From NCBI GenBank assembly GCA_041490525.1, contig JBGPTH010000004.1, positions 17,635 to 81,634 of the forward strand: DNA of 64,000 nt, in the 5' to 3' direction. A program made the translations under genes and the position numbers. Each line of letters opens with the position of its first letter. Within the stretch, counting starts at the first letter, position 1. The notes under the pieces are model-generated. The model was not told the DNA's origin, made no database searches, and worked only from the letters and a program-made list of their open reading frames with translations. This stretch comes from Nitrospiria bacterium. GTDB taxonomy: Bacteria > Nitrospirota > Nitrospiria > Nitrospirales > NS-4. Below, in pieces: positions 36,005 to 43,780 of the stretch.

Positions 36005-36515
36005 TCAATCTCCGTGTAGCATTGGGGCAAATCGCACCAGATTGGGTTTCTTGATTAAGGTACCCGAACGAATGGAAAAGCGAGTCCGCATGGAACGCGG
36101 GATGGCTCCGACCCCGCATTCGTCGTCAAGAGTCTCGGCCACAACGATGACATCCGGGTCTTTAAAATCAACCGAGGGAGTCTGACCCCGCACCATCAGG
36201 CGCTCACGAAGGGCTCCGTCCAGTTCTTGCTCCACATGCTGACTGTGAATCTCCCCCGCATGCCCGCGCCGCGAACCCGAAAGTTCGGTCGATCGGCACC
36301 AGCTTGGACAACGGATCGAGAAATCCGGGTTCCTCTTCTTCGTGCCGCCGCAGTTCCTCAAAAAAAGCTTCAGGCTCCTTCACCCGCCCGACCAGGACTC
36401 CCAGAAACCGGGTCCGTCGAAAATTCCCGAAGCGCCGCAACAGTCCCGCCAGACGGCGTTGTTCCATGTCCTTCGCCGTGGCGAGCACATTCCAGTTTTC
36501 AAGGCCCTTTACCAT
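36005..36515 (-). pseudogene. THUMP-like domain gene split by an apparent +1 frameshift near 36272
   Basis: Frame A reads MVKGLENWNVLATAKD...LSKLVPIDRTFGF up to ~36273. Frame B continues RRGHAGEIHSQHVEQELDGALRERL...VDFKDPDVIVVAETLDDECGVGAI. The span is 511 nt, which is 170 codons plus 1 nt. Confidence 0.4.
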
Positions 36516-36534
36516 GCCTTCTCCGGATATGCCA

Positions 36535-36996
36535 TTACCGCCCAAATCGGCCCATGACTTGGACTTCCGCCTGGATGTGCCCTTTGCAGGCCTCCAGGAC
36601 CTTGGCCTTGGTCGCCCGCGGCTTCAGATCCAGCAGGGTGTCCAGGGCGTAGAGCTTGAAGTAATACCGGTGGGGAGCGCCGGGTGGAGGGCATGGGCCT
36701 CCATATCCGACCCGCTTGAAATCGTTGAGGCCCTGCCGGGCGCCATTCGCTAACGTCTCCTGCGGCGGGACCCCTTCCTGAAGATCGCGCTGGCTCTCGG
36801 GCAGGTTGAAGAGGACCCAATGGACCCAGGTTCCCACAGGCGCGTCGGGGTCATCGGCAATCAAGGCGAAACTGCGTGTTCCGCGGGGCGGGTCCGTCCA
36901 CCGTAAAGCAGGCGAGAGATCGGCGCCCTCGCAGGTGTATTGTTTCGGAATGAGTCCTCCCTCCTTGAAGGCCTGACTGGTCAATTGGAAAGCCAT
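36535..36996 (-). CDS. YbhB/YbcL-family PEBP (Raf-kinase-inhibitor-like) protein
   Basis: FALIADDPDAP.GTWVHWV and GYGGPCPP.G.HRYYFKLYALD motifs. ATG 36996 follows GGAGGAA; the track start at 37035 is also possible. Confidence 0.8.
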   Translation of the reverse strand: MAFQLTSQAFKEGGLIPKQYTCEGADLSPALRWTDPPRGTRSFALIADDPDAPVGTWVHWVLFNLPESQRDLQEGVPPQETLANGARQGLNDFKRVGYGGPCPPPGAPHRYYFKLYALDTLLDLKPRATKAKVLEACKGHIQAEVQVMGRFGR

Positions 36997-37050
36997 GCGC
37001 ATTTCCTCCATTGATAGATGGATCGCAAGACTCATGGGAGTCGTATATGA

Positions 37051-37066
37051 CGCAAAAGAAATGCCA
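37051..37066 (-). promoter_or_regulatory. Sigma-54 promoter TGGCATTTCTTTTGCG
   Basis: Exact spacing, located in the 74-nt gap after the Mut7-C gene. Confidence 0.6.
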
Positions 37067-37109
37067 CGAAATGTCTACGGCCCCGCGACGGTCTCTCCCC
37101 TCCGTCCCC

Positions 37110-37706
37110 TTACTGGGTTCGCAGCCGCTCAAGCTGCGCGCGCAGATGGGCCCACTGGGTGCCGGGCCAGTAGACGTGCCCGCACCCGGCGCATCCTGCA
37201 AACCGGGTGTGCTGCTGAGCGACGAAGAGGGGCACCCGAGGGGCGGCTTCTTCGCGGGGGATTGGGGTGAGGAGCAGATTACACTCAGGGCAACGGCTGG
37301 GCGTCTCGGCGTCGAGATTCAAGCTGAGGTTCAGCTCCGTCCGGAGCTGGCGCAGTTGATCGAAGAGATGGTCGCTTTGGATCAGCGTATGACGGTCCCG
37401 GACGATCTTGCGCTTCGCCAGGTGCCCGTCTCGCGTGAGGAGCCATCGGTGTTCCTCCAACACGCGCTGAACGAGCACGTCATCCGGGATGATTTTCTCG
37501 TAGGCCGTGTCGTATCCCACAATCCGCAGCCAGCGGGCAAGCCTGCCGAGCATGACGTCCGCAAAAAAGGCGCTGGGCGGATTGAGCTGCAGGGAAGGAT
37601 CCCACGCGGGCCGGAGAGGCCCGCGTTCTAATCGACCCGATGGGGTACGAAATGGAAATTCATTTGTTGACCCATGCCCTGATTCTCCGGACTGGTTGGC
37701 TCCCAC
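37110..37706 (-). CDS. Mut7-C (DUF82) RNase-domain protein
   Basis: FFADVMLGRLARWLRIVGYD near the N-terminus and a C-terminal zinc ribbon CPECN...CAGCGHVYWPG. Start uncertain; the track start overlaps the upstream gene by 79 nt. Confidence 0.65.
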   Translation of the reverse strand: MGANQSGESGHGSTNEFPFRTPSGRLERGPLRPAWDPSLQLNPPSAFFADVMLGRLARWLRIVGYDTAYEKIIPDDVLVQRVLEEHRWLLTRDGHLAKRKIVRDRHTLIQSDHLFDQLRQLRTELNLSLNLDAETPSRCPECNLLLTPIPREEAAPRVPLFVAQQHTRFAGCAGCGHVYWPGTQWAHLRAQLERLRTQ

Positions 37707-38053
37707 GTGCCGACCGTGAAATTGCCGCCGACAAGGGCCGCCGCCAGCAGTTTTCCGAACTCGTCAAGGTTCCGGACCGGCTTGCTGTCGATCTCGGCGA
37801 TGACCGCATGGACTTTGATGCCGGCCAAATCCGCCAGGCTCTCCCCGATGATCTCGAACACGGCCACGCCCTCCGCCGATCGGAGATTCAACTCCTTGCG
37901 GATGTCCTCGGTCACCGGGCCCACGATCAACCCGAATTCCTCAGCCATGGCAATGGGATCCTTTGGCTTTTCCGACGGCACGGCTCCGTAAGCCGCCGTT
38001 AAGCTGACCACCACGGCCACCATCAAGCTGCCGATGATTCGAACAACCCTCAT
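37628..38053 (-). CDS. Secreted PDZ-like domain protein
   Basis: Signal peptide MRVVRIIGSLMVAVVVSLTAAYG plus GVAVFEIIGESLADLAGIKVHAVIAEIDSKPVRNLDEF. Confidence 0.5.
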   Translation of the reverse strand: MRVVRIIGSLMVAVVVSLTAAYGAVPSEKPKDPIAMAEEFGLIVGPVTEDIRKELNLRSAEGVAVFEIIGESLADLAGIKVHAVIAEIDSKPVRNLDEFGKLLAAALVGGNFTVGTWEPTSPENQGMGQQMNFHFVPHRVD

Positions 38054-38109
38054 ACGATTCTATCTGCCCCCTTCAATCAAAATCCCAACACATCCAGGAG
38101 CCTCATGTG

Positions 38110-38139
38110 TTTGGGGCTGTCCCTTCGGACAGCCCCAAA
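38110..38139. other. 13-bp perfect stem-loop TTTGGGGCTGTCC-CTTC-GGACAGCCCCAAA
   Basis: Lies 11 nt after the stop of the 48-aa ORF and 57 nt before the PDZ gene start. No clean U-run on either strand. Confidence 0.6.
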
Positions 38140-38149
38140 TCACTCTCTT

Positions 38150-38296
38150 TTAGGCCGCTTTCTTCTGGGGCTTGCCGGTGAAGTTCTGCACGACCGGAAC
38201 GGTCATGGGCTCGAAGGCCTTCAGGCTCGCTCCCAGCATCAACACACCCGCCACCAGTCCCGAGATAGCCAGAAACCCATCAATGACGGAATCCAT
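38150..38296 (-). CDS. 48-aa single-TM mini-protein (hypothetical)
   Basis: Hand translation: MDSVIDGFLAISGLVAGVLMLGASLKAFEPMTVPVVQNFTGKPQKKAA. A GAGGAGG Shine-Dalgarno lies 9 nt upstream of the ATG. Confidence 0.45.
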   Translation of the reverse strand: MDSVIDGFLAISGLVAGVLMLGASLKAFEPMTVPVVQNFTGKPQKKAA

Positions 38297-38652
38297 CTTC
38301 TATTCACCTCCTCATTCGCGTTGGGTAAGTAGTCTATAGAATTGAGCTGCTTGATAAGATAGCAGCCCCACATTAGGAGCAGATTAACAGCACATTAGAA
38401 TTGTCTTATTTCCGCGGAACTGAGCCGGAAAATCAGTTGAATTCGAAGAGGGTGGAGGGGGTCGTTCAGAGCTCTTTTGTTTACGGCGGAGATCGCGGAA
38501 AGATTTTAGGTTTCCCGGTCAGCCGGGCCTACACACCATCTCTGCACTTGACCCCCCTTTTGCTCCTACTGTGTCTCTTGTGGCCCCTCAACCCTCTATT
38601 TATAAAGTAGGTCCTGATCTCAGGTAGTCAAGACGCCTCCAGATCCCCTCCC

Positions 38653-38680
38653 TTGACCGAGGCCGCTGAGTGGCTAATAT
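38653..38680 (+). promoter_or_regulatory. Sigma-70-type promoter TTGACC-N16-TAATAT
   Basis: -35 at 38653-38658 and -10 at 38675-38680, in an AT-rich patch. Predicted TSS is about 38688. Confidence 0.4.
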
Positions 38681-38687
38681 ATTAATA

Positions 38688-39015
38688 GGGGGTGAGAGAA
38701 GGCCTGATGCAGGACGGCATCCTGATTTTGACTCGCTCTTGTGCCGAAAGGTGTCGGCCGTTGGTCCTGTTTCTGAGGAACAGGGCGCAAAGTGGGTTTC
38801 GGCCGGATGCCGCAAGGGTTGAGGTTCTGTGCCGGAAGCGGGATCGCTTCCGATGGTGCGTGCCTCGAACTCGATGCCAGTAGGCATGGCCGTAAATGCG
38901 AGCCCGATGAAGCCGAGGCACGGGGTGGCCTGAAAGAGCAGGAGGGTTACCCGGATCGGTTCCGGCTGGTAGACAGGACTGAGGCTCACACAAGAGCGAG
39001 CCGTTTTAATGTTTA
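38688..39015 (+). ncRNA. Candidate structured RNA (unclassified), about 0.3 kb; strand tentative
   Basis: ORF-free and visibly lower in G+C. A 12-bp closing helix (38732-38743 with 38989-39000) encloses at least five hairpins (details in findings). The 3-prime strand is followed by CCGTTTTAATGTTT. Confidence 0.35.
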
Positions 39016-39052
39016 GGCCCTGTTTTCGTCCCCCCTTATGGCGAGCCCCAAG

Positions 39053-39061
39053 TGTTATAAT
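39053..39061 (+). promoter_or_regulatory. Extended -10 element TGTTATAAT
   Basis: 12 nt before ATG 39074 with no Shine-Dalgarno between. Confidence 0.35.
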
Positions 39062-39073
39062 GATTTTTAAGCT

Positions 39074-40171
39074 ATGACGACCTCCAAGCTCAATACCGTC
39101 GTGCCCACGAAGTACTGGCACGCACTCGAAGACGGGCGCGTCCAGTGCGATCTCTGCCCCCGGTTCTGCAAGCTCCAGGAGGGGCAGCGGGGGATGTGTT
39201 TCGTGCGCGCCTGTGAAAACGGCCAGGTCGTTCTGACCACCTACGGGCGGTCCAGCGGCTTCTGCGTCGACCCGATCGAGAAAAAGCCGCTGAACCATTT
39301 TTTGCCGGGCACCCCGGTGCTGTCCTTCGGGACGGCCGGCTGCAACCTGGCGTGCAAGTTTTGCCAGAACTGGGACATCAGCAAATCCCGCGAGATTGAT
39401 ACGCTCGCCGATGAAGCCTCCCCCGAAGTGATCGCACGGGCGGCCCGCGATCTGGGGTGCCGGAGCGTGGCGTTTATTTACAATGATCCGGTCATCTTCC
39501 ACGAGTACGCGATCGACGTCGCCCAGGCCTGCCGTGAAGTCGGGGTGAAATCGGTGGCCGTGACGGCCGGGTACGTGTGCGAGGCACCGCGCGAGGAGTT
39601 TTACCGGTACATGGACGCCGCCAATGTGGACCTCAAGGGGTTCACCGAGCGATTTTACAAAGAGATGACCGCCAGCCACCTGCAAAATGTGCTGGATACG
39701 CTGGTATACCTCAAGCATCACACGAAGGTCTGGTTCGAGGTGACCACCCTGCTGATTCCCGGGGAAAACGACTCGGAACGGGAACTGGAGGAATTGACCC
39801 AGTGGATGGCGGAGCACCTCGGGCCGGATGTACCCCTGCACTTCACCGCCTTCCACCCTGACTGGAAAATGCTGGACAAGCCTCCGACCCCACCCGCCAC
39901 CCTCACCCTGGCGCGCCGCATCGCGATGAACAACGGGCTCCGCTACGTCTATACCGGCAACGTCCATGACGAGGAAGGGGGCAGCACCTACTGCCCGCAC
40001 TGCGGGAAGAAGCTCATCGGCCGCGACTGGTACGTGTTGACCGAGTGGAATCTGACAGCGGACGGCGGGTGCACGTTCTGCGGCGCGGAGTGCCCGGGGG
40101 TGTTCGAGGCCTCGCCCGGAAGCTGGGGGGCAAAGCGCCTGCCGGTCCGCCTCAGAGACTTCGCAAACTAA
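39074..40171 (+). CDS. AmmeMemoRadiSam-type radical SAM enzyme (AmrS-like), second copy
   Basis: CDLCPRFC...GMCFVR, DPIEKKPLNHFLPG and CNLACKFCQNW motifs. Paralog of 20280-21377. Confidence 0.8.
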   Translation: MTTSKLNTVVPTKYWHALEDGRVQCDLCPRFCKLQEGQRGMCFVRACENGQVVLTTYGRSSGFCVDPIEKKPLNHFLPGTPVLSFGTAGCNLACKFCQNWDISKSREIDTLADEASPEVIARAARDLGCRSVAFIYNDPVIFHEYAIDVAQACREVGVKSVAVTAGYVCEAPREEFYRYMDAANVDLKGFTERFYKEMTASHLQNVLDTLVYLKHHTKVWFEVTTLLIPGENDSERELEELTQWMAEHLGPDVPLHFTAFHPDWKMLDKPPTPPATLTLARRIAMNNGLRYVYTGNVHDEEGGSTYCPHCGKKLIGRDWYVLTEWNLTADGGCTFCGAECPGVFEASPGSWGAKRLPVRLRDFAN

Positions 40172-40202
40172 GTCGGTACGACTCCGAGCGCGGGGCTTTC
40201 GC

Positions 40203-41366
40203 CTACTCGACGCTCTGCAACGTCACGGTGACCTGCCGGCTCCGGCCCTCCCGCATCAACTCCATCATGACCTGATCGCCCACTTTGTGGCGGTCGAGGA
40301 CGCGGAGGAGGTCATCCACCACCTGAACCGGCTGCCCGTCGACTTTGGTAATCACATCGCCCAGCTCGATCCGGCCGCCCGTGATTTCTTTGGTGCCGCG
40401 TAACCCTGAACGGGCGGCCGCGCTGCCCGATGTGACGCGGCCCACGATGACGCCCTTCACGCCCCACCGTTCGGCGATCTCATCAGGAATCAGAGACACC
40501 CCGAGCCCGGGCCGGATGATCTTGCCGAATTTGATCAGTTGAGGAACGATCCGATTCACGGTATCGGCCGGCACCGCAAACCCGATGCCCGCGAAGGCCC
40601 CGCTGGGGCTCACGATCTGCGTGTTGACGCCGATGAGCCGCCCGAAGCTGTCCAGCAGCGGCCCCCCGGAATTCCCCGGATTGATGGCCGCGTCGGTCTG
40701 GATCACGCCGTCAATCGTCCGGTCCGTCATGGACTTGATCGTCCGCCCGAGGGCGCTGACCACCCCGGTGGTCAGCGTGTGATCCAGGCCGAAGGGATTG
40801 CCGATGGCCAGGACCTTCTGCCCCACCCGCAAGTCGTGGGAGCTGCCGATCTCCACCGGAACCAGTTTTTCCTTCGGGGCCCGAATCTGAATCACCGCGA
40901 GATCATGATCGGGGTCCACCCCCACCACGCGTGCCCGGTAGTCGGACCGGTCGCCGAGGACGACGTTGATCGTGTCGGCCCGGTAGAGGACGTGGAAGTT
41001 GGTGACGATATGGCCCTCCCGGTTCCAGATGAATCCGGACCCGGAGCCTTGCGGCACTTCGAAGAGGTTCAGGGAGAATAAGTCCCGCTGGATCGCGGTG
41101 TTCGTGATGAAGACCACCGAGCGCGTGGCCTTCTCGAACACCTCGATCGTCCCCCGCTCATCGGGACCCAAGGGCGAGGGCGCGGGCGAGAGAGGTCGTG
41201 GTTGCACTTCGGGGCCGGTATAGTCCGGCCCCAGCGGCCGGCCCCACTCCCCGCCGATCAAGGCGAGGGCGCCCACGGCCGTCAGGGTCAACAGCGGGAT
41301 AAGGATCACCCCTACCGATCGAACGAACTTCATGCCGGTCCAGTCGCGATGGGTCACAGTCGCCAC
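40203..41366 (-). CDS. HtrA/DegP-family serine protease (trypsin domain plus PDZ)
   Basis: GNSGGPLLD catalytic motif, HVLY..D His/Asp region, and a C-terminal PDZ (GVIVGRVTSGSAAARSGLRG). Confidence 0.85.
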   Translation of the reverse strand: MATVTHRDWTGMKFVRSVGVILIPLLTLTAVGALALIGGEWGRPLGPDYTGPEVQPRPLSPAPSPLGPDERGTIEVFEKATRSVVFITNTAIQRDLFSLNLFEVPQGSGSGFIWNREGHIVTNFHVLYRADTINVVLGDRSDYRARVVGVDPDHDLAVIQIRAPKEKLVPVEIGSSHDLRVGQKVLAIGNPFGLDHTLTTGVVSALGRTIKSMTDRTIDGVIQTDAAINPGNSGGPLLDSFGRLIGVNTQIVSPSGAFAGIGFAVPADTVNRIVPQLIKFGKIIRPGLGVSLIPDEIAERWGVKGVIVGRVTSGSAAARSGLRGTKEITGGRIELGDVITKVDGQPVQVVDDLLRVLDRHKVGDQVMMELMREGRSRQVTVTLQSVE

Positions 41367-41439
41367 CTCTGTAATTGTGATCGACTATAGCACAGGCGGC
41401 AGGCCGCCCCCTACCTCGGTCGGATCCATTCGCCTCTGG

Positions 41440-41862
41440 TCAGGCATCGGGATAGAGGTGTGTGCCCCCCTGCCCGGAAAAAGAGTCCAACGCCTTCTCC
41501 GGCGTGGTGATGATGACTTCGCGTCCGCCTCGCTCGAGAAAGTGGATTGCCGCCTCGATTTTCGGCCCCATGCTTCCCGGCGCGAAGTGGCCCTCGGCGA
41601 GATATCGTTTCGCCTCCGAGACCGACAGCGCGGGCAGATTCCGTTCGCTCGGGGACCCGAAGTGGAGTTTGACGTGCTCCACATCCGTGAGATCGAGAAT
41701 TTTCTCGGCCCCGATGGTCACGGCCAGCAGGCTGGACGCCAGGTCCTTGTCCACCACCGCCTCGACACCGACGAGCGTTCCGTCATCCGCCAAGGAAACC
41801 GGCACCCCACCGCCGCCCACCGCGACGACCACGACGCCCTCCTCAAAGAGCCGGTGGACCAC
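41440..41862 (-). pseudogene. Carbamate kinase, C-terminal ~140-aa fragment only
   Basis: [18 protein letters not shown]...[16 protein letters not shown]...GHFAPGSMGPKIEAAIHFLERGG matches the C-terminal half of carbamate kinases. The N-terminal ~170 aa are absent. Confidence 0.6.
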
Positions 41863-41870
41863 CGCTCGCT

Positions 41871-42101
41871 GACTCCGGCATGGCCGTACGCGTCGTATTC
41901 CCGCCGCTTGGCATCATCGGAGAGAACCGCGTACGCCTCGGCGATCTCCCTGAATTTTTCCGCGGCATCGGGGGCCTTGTTCCTATCGGGATGGTATGTG
42001 AGGGCCAGACGGCGGTAGGACTGCTTGATCTGGTCGCGCGTGGCAGAGCGCTCCACGCCCAGCACATCGTAGTAGTCACGCTTGCTCTGGGCGGTCGCCA
42101 C
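41871..42101 (-). pseudogene. DnaJ-type J-domain remnant (77 codons), running out of frame into the carbamate kinase fragment
   Basis: GTG start; [76 protein letters not shown] with HPD intact. This is followed by an Arg/Trp-rich nonsense tail to 41718. Confidence 0.55.
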
Positions 42102-42110
42102 GGGGTCACG

Positions 42111-42974
42111 TCACCGGAAGACCAGCATGGGACAGGGCGCTCGGTGCAGCACGGCGTGCGAGACGCTGCCGAGCAAGAACCGGGACGTTCCCCGAAGCCC
42201 GCGCGTCCCCAACATAATCAGATCAGGATCGGTCTTCGCCGCCTCCTGGAGAATCGCGTGCGCCGGAGCTTCCGTCCGGACCACAGCCGTCGCCCGGTAG
42301 CCGAGCGCAGTCAGGCGCGCGGCGACGTCGTCCACGAACCGCTGCGTGATCGTGACGAGTTCCTCCGCCAGCGACGCGGAGGCCGAGAATCCGGCAGGCC
42401 ACGCGGGGTGCGCGTAAGGCTCCGCGCTCAGGACCGTTACCTCGGGCGGCTCCTTGAAGGGCTTGGACGCGAGAAATCGAACAGCCGCTTCGGCGTCTTC
42501 CGGCCCTTGCAGGGGAAGCAATATATGGCGCAACGATCCCACCGCCCTATTCACGATCAACGTCGCGCAGGGAGCGTGCGAAATGACACGGTGAGACACG
42601 CTTCCCAGCAGGAGCTCCCGCACCGGGCCAAGGCCGCGTGCCCCCAGCACGATCAAGTCCGCCGTCACCTCCTCGGCGACGCTCAGAATCATCTCGGCCG
42701 GCTTGCCGAGGTCGAGGCGCTTGGAGACCCGACCCGTATGCGGCGGAAGGATCGCGGCGGTGAAATTGAGCACCCGCTCGCCCTCCTCCCGCAACCGCCG
42801 CTCGGTCGCTGCGGTGATCTCCAACGAGAGCTCCGGCATGACCCCCGGATAGGCCGGTCTGGGAACATCGACGGCGTGCAGGACAACCACGCGGTCGGGC
42901 GGCGCCAGGTGCTCAAGCGCCCGCGCCGCGAAGTACGCCTGATCGGACCCGTCAACTGCCAGGACGATTTTCAT
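42111..42974 (-). CDS. Universal stress protein, tandem Usp domains
   Basis: MKIVLAVDGSDQAYFAARALEHL... Paralog of 33527-34390. Confidence 0.85.
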   Translation of the reverse strand: MKIVLAVDGSDQAYFAARALEHLAPPDRVVVLHAVDVPRPAYPGVMPELSLEITAATERRLREEGERVLNFTAAILPPHTGRVSKRLDLGKPAEMILSVAEEVTADLIVLGARGLGPVRELLLGSVSHRVISHAPCATLIVNRAVGSLRHILLPLQGPEDAEAAVRFLASKPFKEPPEVTVLSAEPYAHPAWPAGFSASASLAEELVTITQRFVDDVAARLTALGYRATAVVRTEAPAHAILQEAAKTDPDLIMLGTRGLRGTSRFLLGSVSHAVLHRAPCPMLVFR

Positions 42975-43002
42975 GGGCCCCTCCTCCGATTGCTCCTAGA
43001 TG

Positions 43003-43018
43003 TGCATCATGCATGCCA
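43003..43018 (-). promoter_or_regulatory. Sigma-54 promoter TGGCATGCATGATGCA
   Basis: Exact spacing, 28 nt before ATG 42974, with a GGAGGAGG Shine-Dalgarno. Confidence 0.6.
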
Positions 43019-43217
43019 GCAAGAAGCGCCCGCAACTCGCGCTGCGACCGCACCTCTCAACCGCTGCCTGTGGCATCTCGCGCCAGTGCCGAAAGGCTGT
43101 GGCGTGGTCTTTCTCCCCATCCCCTGGTGGATTCTTACGGTCGCGCAGGCATCGCCGGCGGAATGATCAGACACGCACGCGGTAGTGGTCCCCGCCTCCG
43201 CTCTTCAAGTCCCCGCG

Positions 43218-43328
43218 TCAGTCCAGGCACATGCCTTCCAACTGGCGGAGCACTCGGTGGAACTCTTCGTTGCGCAGCATCAATTTGGCCGCTTCGTGGT
43301 CGTCTCTCAATGGCTCCATCGCTTTCAT
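43218..43328 (-). CDS. 36-aa hypothetical mini-protein
   Basis: MKAMEPLRDDHEAAKLMLRNEEFHRVLRQLEGMCLD. A TAAGGAGG Shine-Dalgarno overlaps the cytochrome stop codon. Confidence 0.3.
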   Translation of the reverse strand: MKAMEPLRDDHEAAKLMLRNEEFHRVLRQLEGMCLD

Positions 43329-43341
43329 GGTCAGCGCCTCC

Positions 43342-43704
43342 TTACTTCTGCAATGCCCGCACGTAAGCAAGCACGTGACGGCTCTCCTCTTCCGTGAGCG
43401 CAACCTTTCAGGCGCCCATGGCGGTACCGGGATGCCCGTGACGGATCGTCACAAGCAGCTCCGCGTCCGTTCTGCTCCGGGTTGCGAAGGCGCTCAAATC
43501 GGCCGGAGGCGGCTTGAGGAAGGGATAGCCGTCTCCCTTCCCTTTCGCGCCGTGGCACGCGAGGCAATGCTGCTCGTACACCGCTTTCCCCTTGGCCGTG
43601 ACCTCATCGCCCGGCTGCGCTGCCGTCAGCGCAGAACAGCCTGCGCCGAGACCCAACAGCATGACTTGAGCGAGCCGCAAAACGTTGCCGTTCCTGTCTC
43701 TCAT
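43342..43704 (-). pseudogene. Class I c-type cytochrome interrupted by an in-frame TGA (43408-43410)
   Basis: Signal peptide, CLACHG heme site and GTAMGA Met ligand come first, then TGA. The same frame continues KVALTEEESRHVLAYVRALQK to TAA at 43342. Confidence 0.55.
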
Positions 43705-43780
43705 GGGTGCGGGTCCTCCGAAACCCGACGATTCATTTCCCGTCCTGCGGCTGATTCATACGCTCCCTCTCGCCCTGGGG

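Noticed and set aside
38688-39015. Identity of the structured region as tmRNA, RNase P RNA, SRP RNA, 6S RNA or a SAM/cobalamin/TPP/c-di-GMP riboswitch
   Set aside because: The diagnostic strings I remember are absent on both strands: GGAAAGTCCGG for RNase P, a T-loop plus CCACCA-type end for tmRNA, GCCACTG for the B12 box, and the SRP GGAA/AGCA motif. Only short, possibly fortuitous resemblances were seen (GCCCGATGAAGCC to SAM-I, GGGCGCAAAG to GEMM-I). It is left unclassified.
38401-39016. Small ORFs in the 38.3-39.07 kb gap (38401-38610 +, 38692-38883 +, 38792-39016 +, 38682-38993 -)
   Set aside because: They lack Shine-Dalgarno sequences, use non-ATG or weak starts, and have implausible sequences. 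The region is better explained by RNA-level structure.
43408-43410. TGA in the cytochrome c gene as a selenocysteine codon
   Set aside because: The aligned position is expected to be Trp, not Cys. I see no obvious stem-loop immediately downstream resembling a bacterial SECIS. No sel genes are present in the window. A nonsense mutation or base-call error is more parsimonious.
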